A stretch of DNA of 64,000 nt. Source: the human T2T-CHM13v2.0 reference genome, Homo sapiens. This document shows, one piece after another, positions 39,301 through 52,690 of the stretch. The position numbers and the translations under genes are program-made. The notes beneath the pieces were generated by a model. That model saw only the letters and a list, made by a program, of their open reading frames with translations. It had not been told where the DNA came from and did no database searches. Positions within the stretch are counted from its first letter, which is position 1. Each line of letters starts with the position of its first letter. The stretch is from the NCBI RefSeq assembly GCF_009914755.1, contig NC_060930.1; one strand, 5' to 3'.

Positions 39301-39798
39301 CCATTGTCCTGGAATAGACGCGACCTAAGTGGATTCAAATCTATACTAGGATTTAACATTCTCCATGGATCAGAAGTGATGGTTTGTTGGAGGAGACCTG
39401 ATGGGGTTAGGAGCTGCACATTAAAGATGTTTTGTGTCTGGAGACTGACCCGCTGTCAGCAAACTTTGGAAGGTCACTGTGAGTGGGGGACAGGTGAGAC
39501 AGAGAGGATGGAAGCTTCACCAGTGCAGAAGGGTCTCCGTAGGGGATTGGCTCTGCCATGGCACCTGACACCCTTGCAGGAACCCACATCGGCCACAGGT
39601 CAGGCTTGCCGTTGCCTGGCTGGTCATAGCAAGTGGCGTGTGACCCTTGGACATTGTGGGAGGAGTAGCCTCCTGCTTTTAATGAGGGTGGGAGTCTCCA
39701 CCTCACCCCGCAGGAGACAGCTGCAGGCTTCCAATCTGCTGCTGGAGAATGGGGGGACTTCCCGACAGCAGAGCCTATGGCTGCTCATGCAGTCATGG

Positions 39799-40347
39799 GG
39801 TAACTGAGTACCCCCCTTTTTCTAAGAGGTGGTTTATAATTTTTTCCCTCTCTCTCTTCTTTTCCTTGGTTGCTCACTTCCTATTAAGCCCTTCAGAAAT
39901 GCAAATCTAGCCTTTCACCTCCTCCTCACCAGACATTCCCCGCGGGCAAGTTCTTCTAACCCTGTGTGCCCAGACAGCTCTCTCCGGATTTGCAGAGGAA
40001 AGCATCCCTTCCAGCTAGCTGCCCCGGATTTTCCTCCACCAGAAGCGCATTGCGAAAGCAAGCCCCTTTGGCCACCTTTACAACTTATTTCTGCCCAAGT
40101 CACCAAGAAGGTGCCACCTCAGATGTCTGGTAGATAAGGCACCAGGCTAGCAGAGGGCCCCTGCCCTTAGCTTAAAAAAGAGTTCACTTTCTGCTGCAAA
40201 GGTGAAGCAGCACATTTAAAGGCAGGATGTCTTGTGCCCCTTCCCCAAGTTATAGCTTCAGAGTAAATTCACTGTTTTTGTATCAGAACTCACTCTTGTT
40301 GATGGAACTCTGCATGCGGCGAGCAACTCACCTGGTTTTTGGTTACA
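39799..40347 (+). mobile_element. ERV1 solo LTR, MER66-like
   Basis: GTAACTGAGTACCCCC...TTTTCTAAGA start and GGTTACA end (inverted termini). Confidence 0.55.
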
Positions 40348-40569
40348 GTGAAGCGGGGGGGGCTCTGGTTCCGTGTTGTCTTGTGGGACCAGAGACACAG
40401 AGCTTGCAGCATGCCATCTTGCTTGTGTGCGGTGTGTGCAATAAATGTTAAAACCACAGGTGCTCTCGTGTCCAGGCCAGGCACATCTCTGGAAGTGTGT
40501 GCACCCAGCCTAGCAGCTGCTGCTGCTGCGGGACCCTCAACCACTTGACATGGACCCTCGACCACTTGA

Positions 40570-42160
40570 CAATGCCAATTCTCCAGAAACAGACCTTCAG
40601 ATTCAGTGGAATCCCTCCAAAGAATCCACAGGTGATATTTTTTGGAGGGGACAGGGAGAGGGACACACGTTTTAAAATTGACATGGTGACTCCAGTATTT
40701 GAAGATGCATGTTGAAATGTACAGGGCCAGTTACAGACAATAAATGATCTTAGATCACAAGGTCGGAAGTCAGACTCTTCCGTGATGCAGGCTAGAAGAC
40801 AGACAAACAGATCCGAGGCAGGGAACCAGAACTCCAGAAACAGACCCCCCACGTCCCCTAATATATGACAGAGTGATCACTGCAACAGATTGAGGAAAAG
40901 ACAGTTTCAAAAACACTAGGGCTGGATCAATTGTGTATTTTTAGGGGAAAAATAAATATTTTCTTTTGCCTCAAACTACCATTCCGAAAGTTGATTTCAT
41001 GTAGATTGAAGGTGTAAATGTGGAGGGTAAAACACTAAAGAATCAGGAAGAAAACACAGGCCTGTCTTCAAGAAGATGGGCAGACAAAGATTTTTAAACA
41101 TTATTTTTTATTTTAAGTTCTGGGTACAAGTGCTGAATGTGCACGTTTGTTACATAGGTAAACATGTGCCATGGTGGTTTCACGCACCTCTCAGCCCATC
41201 ACCTAGATATTAAGCCCAGCATCCATTATCTATTTTTCCTGATACTCTCCCTCCCTCTGTCCCCTCTGACAGGCCTCAGTGTGTGTTGTTCCCCTTCCTG
41301 TGTCCACATGTTCTCGTCGTTCAGCTCCTACTTAATAAATGAGAACATGTGGTGTTTGGTTTTCTGTTCCTGTGTTAGTTTGCTGAGGATAGTGGCTTCC
41401 AGCTCCATCCATGTCCCTGCAAAGGACATGATCTAGTTCCTTTTTATGGCTGCATAGTATTCCATGGTGTATATGTACCACATGTTCTTTATCCAGTCTA
41501 TCATTGATGGGCATTTGGGTCGGTTCCATGTCTTTGCTATTGTGAATAGTGCTGCAATGAACATATATTTGCATGTATCTTTATAATAGAATGATTATAT
41601 TCCTTTGGGTGTATACCTAGTAATGGGATTGCTGGGTCAAATGGTATTTCTGGTTCTAGGTCTCTGAAGAATTGCCACACTGTCTTCCACAACGGTTGAA
41701 CTAATTTACACTCCCACCAACAGTGTGAAAGTATTTGGCAAAGATTTTTTAAATGGGACAAAGAAAGCACTAATCATAAATGAGTTTGAAAAAAATGGAA
41801 CTTTATGAAAAATTAATAATTTGTGTTCATCAAAATACACTGTTAGGAGAGGAAGAGGCAAGCTCCGCATAGTGAAGGCAACTTGCAGTCCATGCATTCA
41901 GTAAATACCCACACACCAAGAATGTAACAAGATTTCCTGCAAACTGGTAAGAAGGCAAACCAAAAGAAAATCTCAGCAGAGAACTTGAGCAGAAACAGCG
42001 CGAGAGAGGCTGTCCACACGGCTTGCAAATACATGAAAAGGAGCTCAACGTCAGCAGTCATTAGGGAAACGCAAGTTAAAACCAAAATGAGACAGCAGAA
42101 TGTCGAACATCAAAAGACCAAATTTACAAGTGTGGGAAATGCTGATCAACAGAACTGTGC
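40570..42160 (+). mobile_element. Old L1M ORF2 fragment, split by a younger L1PA
   Basis: Degenerate L1 ORF2 motifs (CCAGAAACAGACCC, GAAGAAAACACAGG, CAAAGATTTTTTAAA, ACATGAAAAGGAGCTCAAC...ATTAGGGAAACGCAAGTTAAAACCA). Confidence 0.65.
41099..41735 (-). mobile_element. 5'-truncated L1PA (approximately L1PA8-10) 3' end
   Basis: Reverse ORFs show the L1 ORF2 C-terminus (WWECKLVQPLWKTVWQFFRDLEPEIPFDPAIPLLGI). TSD CAAAGATTTTT(T)AAA at 41085 and 41739. Confidence 0.92.
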
Positions 42161-42787
42161 ATGGCCAATGAGTGTCCAGTCCTTGGCCTAGAAGGGCAGG
42201 GCTTAGGCTGGGGAAGATCAGTGGAAAGTTGAGGGCAGCAGCCAGGACTGGGGGTGGGGAGAGAGGGGAGTCCCTCCAGAAGGACCTACAGGGCCTAGCA
42301 CTTCTTATGTGGGATGACAAGGTGCTGGATTCCTGGTCTTCTGCCACACTTGAAGCCATTTGTAGTGGTGGAGTCATGATGTTTATGCATAGCTTATTTG
42401 GTTAAAACTCATTACACAAAGGCAAAACCAAACAGTGAATGGGAGGGAGGAAACGTGGGCTGTGAAAATGACACAATTTTCAAGGAGTTTGCCTGGGGAC
42501 AGAAGAGAGACCAGGGGGAGGTAGAGCTGATGCAGAAGGTTTCAAGGACAGTGAGGGAGATCCCAGCCCTGAAGATGGTGACAGAGACCCCAGCCCCAGG
42601 GACAGTGAGAGGGACCCAAGCTCCAGGAGGGTGAGGGAGCCCCCAGCCCCTCTGGTGACTGCGATGCAGGAAGGAAGAGCTGGATCTCCCAGGAGGCCTT
42701 GGGTGAGGGTCCCTGGGGTGTGCTGGGCTCTCAGGAAGCACTTGAGGGGAGAGGTCTGTCAAGCATGTGGCCAAATTCTAGAGTGAC

Positions 42788-43343
42788 GGGTTAGGGGGAC
42801 ATGAGGGTTAGGGGGACATGAGGGTTAGGGGGACATGAGGGTTAGGGGGACATGAGGGTTGAGGGGACATGAGGGTTGGGGGGACAGGAGGATTATGGGG
42901 GACATGAGGGTTGAGGGGACATGAGGGTTGGGGGGACATGAGGGTTGGGGGGCACATGAGGGTTGGGGGCACATGAGGGTTGGGGGGACATGAGTGTTAG
43001 GGGGGACATGAGGGTTGGGGGGACATGAGGGTTGGGGGGACATGAGGATTATGGGGGACATGAGGGTTGGGGGGCACATGAGGGTTGGGGGCACATGAGG
43101 GTTGGGGGGACATGAGTGTTAGGGGGGACATGAGGGTTGGGGGGACATGAGGGTTGGGGGGACATGAGGATTATGGGGGACATGAGGGTTGGGGGCACAT
43201 GAGGGTTGGGGGGACATGAGGGTTGGGGGCACATGAGGGTTGGGGGGACATGAGGGTTGGGGGGCACATGAGGGTTGGGGGCACATGAGGGTCGGGGGGA
43301 CATGCGTGTTAGGGGGGACAGGAGGATTATGGGGGACATGAGG
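42788..43343. repeat. G-rich 17/18-bp minisatellite (GGGTTRGGGGGACATGA)
   Basis: Period 17 at 42791, 42808, 42825 and 42842; ~32 units. Confidence 0.96.
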
Positions 43344-43820
43344 AATTGCTGATTTGGGGCAGGAAAGTGGAAGCTCTGAGCCAATTACAGCTAACATTAG
43401 AAGGATCCGCACAACATGCCGGGACCCCAGATCCAGGGACACGGGCGAGGTGTTTTGTGCCCGGCCTCCCTGGTTCCCACTTCTCCCTGGCAGGCTGCGG
43501 GCAGCAGGCTGCGGTCCTGAGAAGCGGGAGCCGTGTCCATGCTGACACCCGTGCTGTGCCTCCTGGAGGGAGCCTCGCCAGCCGTATGGCAGCATGTGTG
43601 ACGGTCTGTGATTCTTTTTCCTAGGGTCCTATTTTCCCTCCCTAGGAAAAACACTGTCCTAATAAATTGCCCTACCTCTTCCCTGGTTCTCTTATTTAAG
43701 AACTCAGGGGCCAACTCCTCAGGCCATCTGTTTTGTGCCTTAAGAATGTGAGCATCAGTGAACATAGTGACCCTGCAGTCCTCACTCCCCACCCCCCCTT
43801 TTAAGCAGCCGCTCTGTTCA

Positions 43821-44752
43821 GCACACCACAGGATCACATGCACACACCATGTGCACACACCCTGCACACCACACACACACCACGCACACACCATATACAC
43901 ACACCACACACACACCATATATACATAATACACCACACCCCACACACCATATACTCACACCACACACACACCACACACACACCATATACACACACCACAC
44001 CCCACACCATATATACATAATACACCACACCCCACATACCATATACTCACACCACACACACACACACGCATCACACACACCATATAAATATGCCACACTG
44101 CACACACCAGGCACACCATATATACATAATATGCCACACCCCACACACCATATACACACACTACACACATACACACCACACTACACACACCACACCATAC
44201 ACACACCATATACACATAATACACCACACCCCACACATCATATACACACACCACACACAGCGTACACATCACACCATACACACCATACACCACACACACA
44301 ACATATACACACACCACAAACATAATACACAACCCACACGTCACACTCCTCACACACATCATATACACCAAACCACACACATACACCCCATACACATCAT
44401 ATACATCACACCACACATACATAATACACACTCCACACACACGCCACCCTCCTCTCACACAACATATAAGCTACACCACACACACTACACACACCATATA
44501 CACCACTGTAGATACACGTAATATGCACACCACACACACACACTACATACCCCACACACAGCATGTATACCACACCACACACACACACACACACAAAACT
44601 CAGACCATACACACGCATATTACACAGAACACACATACTCGACACACAACATACACACAGAACACACACACATAGTACACACCATATGCACACACCACAG
44701 ATACACATAATGCACACACACTATACACCCCATGTTGTCTCACACACATGCA
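43821..44752. repeat. CA-rich low-complexity tract (CACAC/CATATAC)
   Basis: Directly visible; it produces HT/VC-rich spurious ORFs. Confidence 0.95.
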
Positions 44753-45353
44753 TCGTCTCAGGGCATGGCCGCTGTGGGGGACCAGCGAGTGGCCCCCCAT
44801 CTCACAGCCTCCCGAGTGGGTGCTAGCTGTCCTAGGAGGGGAAGCTGTCCTGTCTCTGGAGGCTCCGTGCCAGGGATGGAGGTGCCTCCTGCCCCCGGCT
44901 CCTCTGAGTGGGTGCCCCACAACTCCCATCAACTGCGGTCACAAAACCCCACACAGGCCAGCCCTGCCTGACAAGCTACAGGTGGGAACTCTGCCAAACG
45001 ACACAAAACGCAAGCCGGCATCACAGGTCTGGTCAATAGAGGTTCCTACCATTGACCCTCCAGGAAAAAACAAACCTCTCATCCAGATCTCAGGCTCCCA
45101 CGCACCCAGTCCACGTGCCCGAGGGACTGCTCTCGCTATGGGATACAGAACCCAGATCAATGAGGCTGCTCCCTCCTGCCAAGTGCATGGGGCTTGTCCT
45201 TGATTCTAGGGTGAGGGGATTTAGAGTCGCCTGTCCCCATCGAGCTGGGCTTCACTAGGTAGAAAGCTGACATTTTCTCTGTATTTCGTAAAAGGAGGTG
45301 GCCACCCTCTGGGAGGGTGCAAGACGCTTTGTCCACATCTGCCTTCACCTTCC

Positions 45354-45652
45354 TTCTTTTTTTTTTTTTTTGAGACAGAGTTTCACTCTTGTTGCCCAGG
45401 CTGGAGTGTAATGGTGCGATCTCGGCTCACTGCAACCTCGCCTCTCGGGTTCAAGTGATTCTCCTGCCTCAGCCTCCAGAGTAGCTGGGATTACAGGCAT
45501 GTGCCACCACGGCCGGCTAATTTTGTAGTTTTAGTAGACACCAGGTTTCTCCATGTTGGTCAGGCTGGTCTCGAACTCCTGACCTCAGGTGATCCGCCCG
45601 CCTCAGCCTCCCAAAGTGCTGGGATTACAGGCGTGAGCCACCGCGCCCGGCC
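45354..45652 (-). mobile_element. AluSp-like
   Basis: GAGTTTCACTCTTGTTGCC and TTTCTCCATGTTGGTCAGG diagnostics; TTCACCTTCC on both flanks. Confidence 0.93.
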
Positions 45653-45749
45653 ATTTCACCTTCCCAGTCCTTCCACTGAGAGGACCTGTGCTCTGCTTGG
45701 GCTGACCAAGCAGCCAGACAAGGCAGGTGAGACTCAGGTGCTGGAGGAC

Positions 45750-45890
45750 CAGGGCCATACACACATGCTGGAATCCTCGTTCCCTCTGAAATCCCTGGGC
45801 GGCCGCCCCCTTCCCACCCAGGTACGCACACAGGGCCACGCACACATGCTGGAATCCTCGTTCCCGCTGAAATCTGCCTGGGCGGCCACA
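45750..45890. repeat. ~58-bp direct repeat, period 81
   Basis: CAGGGCCA..CACACATGCTGGAATCCTCGTTCCC.CTGAAATC at 45750 and 45831. Confidence 0.85.
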
Positions 45891-47666
45891 CGCTTCCTGT
45901 GCAGGCTGCAGGGACCCAGAGGACGGTGTCTTGCCGAGGGATCCTCCCTCCCTCCAGGTACCTCGCCCCGGGACAGCAGAAGTGAGAGACAATCCGAGCA
46001 TATCCATGTAATGTGGAAATGCTGTACTATCACCCATCTAAACAAAGCTCGGAACTGTCTGCGCCCCAGGACGGGGTCCCAGCTGGCCCAGGAGAAATCG
46101 CACTCACAGGCCCAGCAGAGCCCAACGCCAGCGCTCAGAATCCCACAGTGTCTAGACACGCACAGCAGCAACACGGAAGCGGCACAGGGACAGCCCCAGC
46201 GGTGGCGACCCAGCTCCACAGGCGTGTGGCAAATGCAGGCAGGCCTGGGCTGGCTCGGGTGGGCTGAAGGCGAAGGCAGTGAAAAGACGTGGCTCTGCCC
46301 CTTTTATTGACGTGATATTGATGTCTGTTCATATCGATGCCTCTCAATGGAGGCATCAGCAGTGGCTCCAGGAGACAGAGTAGGTCTCTTACTTTATTGT
46401 TTGCTGAATGGAATAAAATACTGGACTTCACACACATGAGGTCTGCATTCGCTTGTCTACCACACACTCCAACCCCAGCTTGTGCACTGCCCTCCCCAAA
46501 CATCCTTAAACATTTAAATGTTTCACCCCTAAAACAAAACACACAACCACAGGTAAAGCCCTAGAGGAAATCCCTGAGAGATGCTCCGAGAGCTGCTCCT
46601 GGCTTTCTGCCTGTGGGGACCCAACACTCCTGCTGGAGGCGGTCCCTGATTGACAGGAAGTGCCGGGAACGCGTGTGATGCGGTTTGACTAGGAGTAGCC
46701 CTGCAAAGGCACTATTCTACAAGCTGAAAACTAGTCTCTGCTTTCTTTTAGAGGCTGGAAAACCTTTCACTGAAAGTCCAGCCAATTGTCTCCTGCAACT
46801 CTTTGCCATTCTAGAGAATTTTTCATAGTCGTCTAAGTTTAAAAGCTGCAGAAACCAGCTTATTCATGTCCGTGCCGCCCTGTTGAAGCTGATAAGAGAT
46901 AAACTCCAGCAGGCGCATCTCGCCACCTTTCATGGGGCAACTTAACTGCTTGGCTGCTGGAGCAAACACACAAAATTAGTTTTGGAATGGACAAAGCACA
47001 GTAAATCCTGTTTTCTTCGGAGCCAAAATCTCACATTTATAGTAAATGTGTTTTTAAAAACTAAAATGAGGTGTGAAACCCTCCTTACACAAAAAGCTTA
47101 CAGAAATTCGTCTCACAGTACTGCATGGGAGATTTAAGTGGCATATTACACGTCAAAATAGAATATGGTGCCGAGGAGGTTCCTGTTCGATTTCCATGAG
47201 AGCTGTGACCCTCTACTAAGCATCCAAGAAGTCTTCACGCTTGGCTTGTCTGTCAAATTAGCAAGTCTGTGCAGAGGCTTAAGAGGGGGAAGGTATTTCC
47301 ACTAAATCTCTTATTTATATAACAACAGTTTTGACATTCCTGCCATGACATCTTTTCTTCTTCAGGGATTTTCCTGTAAGTGATAAACTGTGGTGTGATT
47401 TGCAAGGTGTTTGCTCCGGTTCTCCTTTCACCAAGACGCCTGAGCCAAAGCCCCTGGCCCTCTGTGTGAATGAGTCCTACACTGGGACGGGTTCTTTAAA
47501 GATTTCTGCAGCCCACAGAAGGGGGGCCTGGACTTCTGTGTGGGGAGCCACCCCCACAGCCGCCCTTGGGCTGATGCCTGAGGAGCTAGGCCTGGGCCTT
47601 GGGGACCCCTGGCTTCCAGGAGGAGGAAGGTCCCCACCGAGAGCTCTCCTGCAGCTCAGAGTCAAG

Positions 47667-47784
47667 TTCATGTTTCATGGGGACGGTGCCGATTGCTTCA
47701 TGTTTCATGTTCGCATTTCATGGGGACGGTGCCGATTGCTTCATGTTTCATGTTCATGTTTCATGGGGACAGTGGCAATTGCTT
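47667..47784. repeat. 43-bp tandem repeat, ~2.7 copies
   Basis: TTTCATGGGGAC at 47673, 47716 and 47759. Confidence 0.9.
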
Positions 47785-49384
47785 TTGCTTCTCCCATCCA
47801 AAAGCAGGAACAAGAGTTTTCTTTTATGCCACATCAGAATGAGAGGTAACTAGGCCAGCATGCAGGGTCCCCACCCGCGTCGCTGTCCACACTGGCTGTG
47901 TCCCCTGGCCAGGGCCCTGGTTGGCGGTGTGGGGTGGGATACGGGACTCAGCAAAAGTTGCCACCCTGGGAAGAGCAGGCGGCCAGCAGACTGCCTGGGG
48001 AGACACACCCTGGCATTTTGTTTCACCGTCAACTGTCCTAGTTCCCCCTGAGAGCCTAATGGAAGGAGAAAGCGGGCTTGCTGAGGGAGCCACTCCCTTC
48101 TCTCCACAGCGGTGGCCGTCTTGGCTCCACCCAGCCCAGCACCATGGGAGGAACCACACTTACAGCTGCTGGGTGCGGGGGGGGGGGGGGTGGGCCGGGT
48201 TCCCTTCACAGCACACAGCGCCCCAGTCCCCACTGAGCTGTCACCAGTCTCCTGAAAACCCGGCACGGATCCCGCACGGGAGCATTCTCACCCAAGCCCA
48301 GAGACTCCCCTCCCACCCTTTACAATGCCCAGGGGTGGATCAAAGAGCCCCCTATCGTGGCACAAGAACAGGTCCCAGCCCCGCCCTGCCCCCAACTCTG
48401 CTGCTGCCTTTCCCCAGGACACAAGGACAGGACAGGGAAACGAGGTGGCCGTCCTCAGAGAGCACCTGGTTGCTCTCCCTAAGTCAGTGCGAGGAACACC
48501 CCATCCCTGTCCCATGTCCCAGTCTGGATGGACAGGATGGCCACCAGGTCTCTGTCTTCTCCTATAAATGTGTCCACAGCTCCCACAGGACATGGTACGG
48601 CTGGGGCAGGTCCTGATGGGGGAAGAATGTCTCATTGTGGATTGCTTTTCCTCTGGTCTGGTTTAATGTTTAACCCACAGGACTGGCTAAACGCAATCCT
48701 GTTTAATTGACTGTTTAACTTGAGAAATCTTAGTCTCGACAAGGGTCTGCATTGGACAGGTCTGCAAACACGGGCAGAAAGTTAGGTTCTGGCACCTGAA
48801 GCTGCCCTTTGCACATGCCCCTCCCAGGGACACATGCCCCTTCCCTCCCTGCAATGGCCTCTGCGTGGCCTCTCCAGCCTGAGGCCTGCAGGATAGGGCA
48901 GCATTTGCACCTCAGAGACCAGGGGAAAGCATGAATCTTAGCTTCCCACATCGCTTGCACCCCAGGCAATGGGGGCGCAGGAGGGAGCAGTGCAGCTGGA
49001 AGAGGAAAGGCAAGGCCGAGGTCGCGGATGGTTTGCAGAGGCAAGCACTGCAAGTTGCCACTGCAGGATGGCAATTGCTGATTTCATTAATAAACTTTCT
49101 TTCTAATCCTCCCTCCCTCCCTCCCTCCCTTCTTTCTTCCCTGTCTTTCTTTCTTCTTTCTCTTACTTTCTGCATAGTTGTGTTGCTTCAGTTGCATTTT
49201 CTCTTTAAAAACATGCCCTGGGCCTGAGCTGCACAGCTTAGGGACCTCCCCACAGTGGGGAGATCCAGATCCCGAATTTTGTGTGCAGAGAAACTAAGGC
49301 AAAGGGAGTTTGCATTAGAATTAGCAGCTGGGCTTCCTGGCCCTATAACTGCTTTCTGAGGGCATCCTGCGTGCCAGGAACACA

Positions 49385-49500
49385 GCATCCCACCGACGTT
49401 GGTGCTCCCTCCTGCATCCCACCGACGTTGGTGCTCCCTCCTGCATCCCACTGACGCTGGAGCTCCCTCCTGCATCCCACCCACGCTGGCATTCCCTCCT
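49385..49500. repeat. 29-bp tandem repeat, 4 copies
   Basis: GCATCCCAC at 49385, 49414, 49443 and 49472. Confidence 0.9.
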
Positions 49501-50108
49501 CTCCAGGCCCTGCTTTCGAGACACAGTGAACATCCTGTTTCAGAGAAGGAACTGGGGGCAGAGAGGCTAACATCCTTTGCCCGAGACAAGCATGTGGAGG
49601 TGGGGATTTAAACTCAGGGCTTCAGACTCCAGAGGTGCTGCCTACAGGGCCGCCTGGGCCAGCATCCTCCCATCTCAGCCTGGCCCTCAGTGAGCCAAGG
49701 CAGCCTCAGCTGGACTTACAGGGGCACACCTGTGGTTCCAGGGATGGGTAACTTTCTCCAGTTGGTGTTGGGAAGTGCAGGCGGTGTTTCAGCTTGGGGC
49801 GGAGGAGTCTCTCTTCTCTGTGTAACTGCAGCTCCTGTTAGAATTAAGAGCTTCTCTCTGATGTTTAGAGTGTCTTTCCTTCAGAGCCTTTCCGGAACAG
49901 TGTCCTTCCTCTCATCTCTGCACTCCTGCCTGATTCCTTATTCTAGAGATGCCACGACGGTACTAACCAGACTCCCTCTGAGAGCCAGGAGAGCTCGTCT
50001 GTGTGCTGGGACCTGGCTCTGCCACGCTCCCAAGCCTGGAGGGAGCAACTCTGTGACAGCACGAGTCTCAGGGAGAAGGGGCCCCTCTTGGCTGCTCCAG
50101 TCTTCAAC

Positions 50109-50290
50109 GTCCCTACAGTCTGGGGGTCCCCTGTAGACCTGGGTCCCCTGTAGTCTGCAGGGCCCCCTACAGTCCCTGGGGTTCCCTAAAGTCTGGAGGT
50201 CCCCTATAGTCACTGGGTCCCCTACAGCCCACAGGGTCCCCTAAAGTTTCTGGTGTGCCTGACTGTCCCCAGGATCCCCTACAGGCCCCA
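50109..50290. repeat. Degenerate ~18-bp tandem repeat (GGGTCCCCTACAGTC)
   Basis: About ten diverged GGTCCCCT(A/G) units. Confidence 0.7.
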
Positions 50291-50823
50291 GGTTCCTCCA
50301 TAGTGCCTTGGACTCCGTCTTGTTCTCTGCGAGGCCTGAGAGACACACCACGGGAAAACGATGAGGGACATTTTCCTTTAGCTCAGAGAGGCCCGGGGCT
50401 GAGGGGACAGGAGGAGGGAGACGTGAATGGGTGGGATGTGAGGTGGAGGAGGTGGACCAAGCCAAGGGCTGGCTCTCCCGTGCTCAGTGACAGGATGCTT
50501 GGAGTGATTCCAAAGCCTTCTTTTATCACAATTGACTGAATCCTAATTCTGAAAGATTACATAATCAGGATTAATCCTCACTGAAAGGATGAAAAATAAT
50601 TCCAGTGGAGAATTGAGTTCCTGCTGTATTTGAATTATTCACTCCAATTTTTCTCTGCTCTTGAACAAAAGAACTACTGCCAAAGCTTGGACTCCTGTAT
50701 ATCCCACCAAGTCTTTAAGATGATTATTAAATTTGCTTTTAAAACCACGAAGAGGACTCAAGGTTGACATGTGCTGGAGCCACGGGAAGCGGCAGTTCGT
50801 GCTCCGCGATGCGTGACTGTTAC

Positions 50824-50961
50824 TTCACTGTGACTGCCCACGTCTGCCCTGGGTCCTTTCACTGTGACTGCCCACGTCTGCCCTGGGTCCTTTCACTGTG
50901 ACTGCCCACGTCTGCCCTGGGTCCTTTCACTGTGACTGCCCACGTCTGCCCTGGGTCCTTT
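50824..50961. repeat. 34-bp tandem repeat, 4 identical copies
   Basis: TTCACTGTGACTGCCCACGTCTGCCCTGGGTCCT at 50824, 50858, 50892 and 50926. Confidence 0.97.
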
Positions 50962-51899
50962 GCCCGGCTCCGTGGATTGGTTTGTAATATCCCAGCAGAG
51001 TGCAGGGGGCTCCAGGGCCCGCAAGGCCGCGCCTATTAGCATGTACGTGACACAGGACCATCCGCAGAACATTTTATTGTCTTCAATTTTATGATTTTAG
51101 ACTTCTAATATCTCGTAATTTTGGCTACCAGTGTGTGCTGGTTGCCATTTGGAGACATTTCATTCTCTTTATAAGTCTCCACCCATCCGAGGGGAGCAAG
51201 CCTCGCACTCTGGGTCCGGCCACGCAGCTGCGGAGAAAGCGGCACCGCCAGCGTCTTCCCCGTCCCAGGACCGTCCCTGCACAGCTCTCCTCTGCCCTCA
51301 CACACACACCTTTCCCCCTCCTCACTTTCAGCTGATACTCTAACCCCACACGTCTCAACAACCAGGGCCACTGGAGGGGAGCTCATCGTCTCCTCCTCGC
51401 TGGATGAGGGCGAGGGCCCGTCAAGCACAGCTCTGCAGCTGCTGTACGGCGTCCACAAAGCAAAGACCCTGCTCCGCGGACCTGGCCTGTCTTCTCCTCA
51501 GGGTTCCCTGTAGGGCTGGATGATGACAGCCACCAGCACGTGTTGGCCCCAGGAGCCAGCACCTGCAAAAACAGGCCGCTAGCTGGACTCCAAACCGCAC
51601 GCCACGCAATGTTCCCTTCTCCCCAGCCCTGAGCAGCAGTAGCTCTTGGGAGAGCTAGCAGGTGTGAGGGTTCCCACTTCCTCCCCAGCCCAGCCTAGCA
51701 GCGTCCTCCCTCCGGAGCCCATAGGTGGCCTTAGTTGGGCTGCATTCCAGCAGCATTTCACCAGCGGCAGCTCCCGTCCTGAGAGAGCATCTTTCTCCTG
51801 TCTCTGATAGCACAGTGTCCGGGGTTCCTGCCCCTTCACTCTTGGCTCCTCACGCTTATTAGCAGTATTTCCTCCTCTGTTAAACCCACAGAGAGTGGA

Positions 51900-52690
51900 G
51901 TGACTCAGGGCTTAGTCCCGGGTCCCTGTTTCCCCTCTTTATGCCATCTCCCTGGGTGACCTCAACCAGTTCTACCCAAGTGCCAGTGACTCCCCAAACT
52001 CTCTCCAGCGCTTCGTATTCCAAGGAGCTTCCAGTTAAGAATTCCAGCTGCCTGCTCAGCATTTCCAATGGGTAGACTTACAGTCAATGTAAACTTAATG
52101 AGATTCCAAAAAATACATGTTATTCTACATCACATGGGCCACGCTTTTCTATACCACATGAGCCACGTTATTCTACACCACGTGAGCCATGCCACTCTAC
52201 ACCACGTGAGCCACATTATTCAACATTATGTGAGCCATGCCATTCTACATCACGTGAGCCACACTATTCTACAACATCATATTGGCCGCGTTCACCCCAT
52301 GTCATACGCACCACGCTCTTCTCCGTCGACACCCATGGGCCATGCTCATTCTGCTTTATTATCACGTGTTCCATATTATTCTACATTGCATGCACCGCCT
52401 TATTCTATAGCATCAGGTGCACCACGCCCATCCAGTTCTCTCATCCCTGCTCCTTCCCCTCTGGCCTACGTCTCCATCACCTGTCACCTGGACCATGGCC
52501 ATAGCCTCGGCTGCATCTTGGTTTCCCTGATTCCACTCTTCTCAATGATAATCTGTCCTCTACACAGAAGATAGGAGCATCTGAAAAGCAAAATTAAATT
52601 AGATGATGCCTCTCTCTGCTCAAAATCTGTCCACTGATTGCTCGACACAGTTAGAATAAAACCAAACCCCCAGCACCATCTTGCAAAACC
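51900..52690 (+). mobile_element. L2 fragment interrupted by a 24-bp repeat
   Basis: CTCCCTGGGTGACCTCA..., CCAGCTGCCTGCTCAGCATTTCC and CTCTGCTCAAAATC...TTAGAATAAAACCAAAC are L2-like. Confidence 0.55.
52119..52390. repeat. Degenerate 24-bp tandem repeat (TTATTCTACACCACGTGAGCCACG)
   Basis: CAYRTG cores at 52131, 52155, 52179, 52203 and 52251. Confidence 0.85.

Noticed and set aside
43397-44932. His/Thr- and Val/Cys-rich ORFs
   Set aside because: Translations of the CA-rich low-complexity tract.
45501-46310. 269-aa ORF
   Set aside because: Starts inside an antisense Alu, and the remainder is GC-rich sequence with no recognisable domain.
48177-48190. G14 homopolymer
   Set aside because: Ordinary microsatellite whose length is error-prone; no further context.
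52068-52574. 168-aa His-rich ORF resembling a metal-binding protein
   Set aside because: Arises from the 24-bp repeat inside an L2; no homology or exon evidence.
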